Below, piece by piece: positions 63,247 through 64,000 of a stretch of DNA of 64,000 bases (positions are counted from its first letter, which is position 1; the number at the start of each line of letters is the position of its first letter). The position numbers and the translations under genes were made by a program. Source of the DNA: Mycoplasmatota bacterium (GTDB lineage: Bacteria; Bacillota_I; Bacilli_A; MAG-NZ); assembly GCA_018394315.1 (NCBI GenBank), contig CP074575.1, positions 682,001-746,000 on the forward strand. The letters run 5' to 3'. A model generated the notes under the pieces. That model made no database searches. It saw only the letters and a list, made by a program, of their open reading frames with translations, and was not told where the DNA came from.

Positions 63247-63561
63247 ATGGATACGCAATTTAAAAAAGGAATCATTGAGGTCTGTGTTCTAAATGAATTA
63301 AATAAAGAGGATACGTATGGCTATAAGCTGGTAAAAAATCTATCAAAGACTTTAGAGGTTGGAGAGAGTACAATATATACAATGCTTAGAAGATTGACTA
63401 AAGATAATGTATTAGATCTTTATGAAAGAGCTAGTAGTGATGGTCCCACGAGAAAGTATTATACTTTGACTGGGATAGGTAAAGAAAGATTATTTACACT
63501 AAAAAGTGAGTGGGAGAGTTTTAGTGTAAAAGTTAATAAGTTAATAGGAGGAAATAAGTAG
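63247..63561 (+). CDS. PadR family transcriptional regulator
   Basis: QFKKGIIE; YGY; TIYTMLRRL; RKYYTLT..G. Confidence 0.92.
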   Translation: MDTQFKKGIIEVCVLNELNKEDTYGYKLVKNLSKTLEVGESTIYTMLRRLTKDNVLDLYERASSDGPTRKYYTLTGIGKERLFTLKSEWESFSVKVNKLIGGNK

Positions 63562-64000
63562 TGAGGAGACAAGAATTCATTGATAAGTTAAAGAGTTTAT
63601 TGGAAATTGATGATGCTGATAAAACTTCTTTAATTGAAGAATACGAATCTTATTTTGATGAAGCAATGGCTGATGGTGCTACTGAAGAGGAAGTTATCGC
63701 AATGTTAGAAACACCAAAGGAAATAGCGATGACTGCAAATGAAGAGTTTGGAACAAAATCAAATTCTAAAGTGTTTAGAGAGTTTATTGATGAACAAGTA
63801 GGTGCGGTAAGGAAGGGATATGAAAAAGTAATTGAATCAGGAAAAACCCAAGAAGTAAGTAATAAAATCAATTCTGTAATCAGTAACACTCTTGAAACTG
63901 TCAAAGAGTCATTAAAACAAGTGAGAAAGAGTATCAAGGAGTCTGACATTAATGAAAAGATTAATGAGGCAGTTGGAAAGGTTCAGGAATCATTGGGAAA
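63561..64000 (+). CDS. DUF1700/HAAS-domain protein, 3'-truncated by the window end (not in ORF track)
   Basis: GTG overlaps the padR stop; MRRQEFIDKL...IEEYESYFDEAMADGATEEEVIAMLETPKEIA; common padR partner. Confidence 0.8.
   Translation, partial: MRRQEFIDKLKSLLEIDDADKTSLIEEYESYFDEAMADGATEEEVIAMLETPKEIAMTANEEFGTKSNSKVFREFIDEQVGAVRKGYEKVIESGKTQEVSNKINSVISNTLETVKESLKQVRKSIKESDINEKINEAVGKVQESLG

Overview
AT-rich, low-GC Bacillota (Bacilli-type) chromosome segment read in the standard code 11 (Trp is TGG in the predicted proteins). The Firmicutes-type S10-spc-alpha operon without rpsD and the N-terminally extended S5 suggest the Erysipelotrichales/Haloplasmatales/Izemoplasmatales neighbourhood (inference). 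Layout: (1) 1-20.6 kb is an accessory region: single genes separated by repeated tRNA-Ser 3'-end scars, secreted or surface proteins (InhA-type M6 protease, esterase, SPFH, Fn3/Ig protein), a tRNA fMet-Asp-Phe cluster followed by decayed tRNA-Phe fragments, and sporulation-type genes. (2) 21.1-44.9 kb is a redox locus and the main discovery candidate. An [FeFe]-hydrogenase is co-transcribed with a remodelled rnfCDGEAB: RnfC has lost its NADH/FMN motifs, RnfD its FMN-threonine, RnfB is truncated and RnfG is triplicated. Next come a tandem-rhodanese lipoprotein and an unannotated lipoprotein read through an in-frame TGA (Cys-Thr-Sec, SECIS-like hairpin, flavinylation-like motif), then selC-selD(Sec)-selA-selB, a convergent hydCBA, apbE and a giant multi-FMN-domain lipoprotein. 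A shared TTGTAAC-N4-GTTACAA palindrome precedes three of these units. (3) 45.1-59.3 kb is the ribosomal protein superoperon. (4) The window ends with a NUDIX hydrolase, a P-type ATPase, a YjcZ-like peptide and padR-DUF1700. All family assignments come from motif recognition by eye; no database searches were run.
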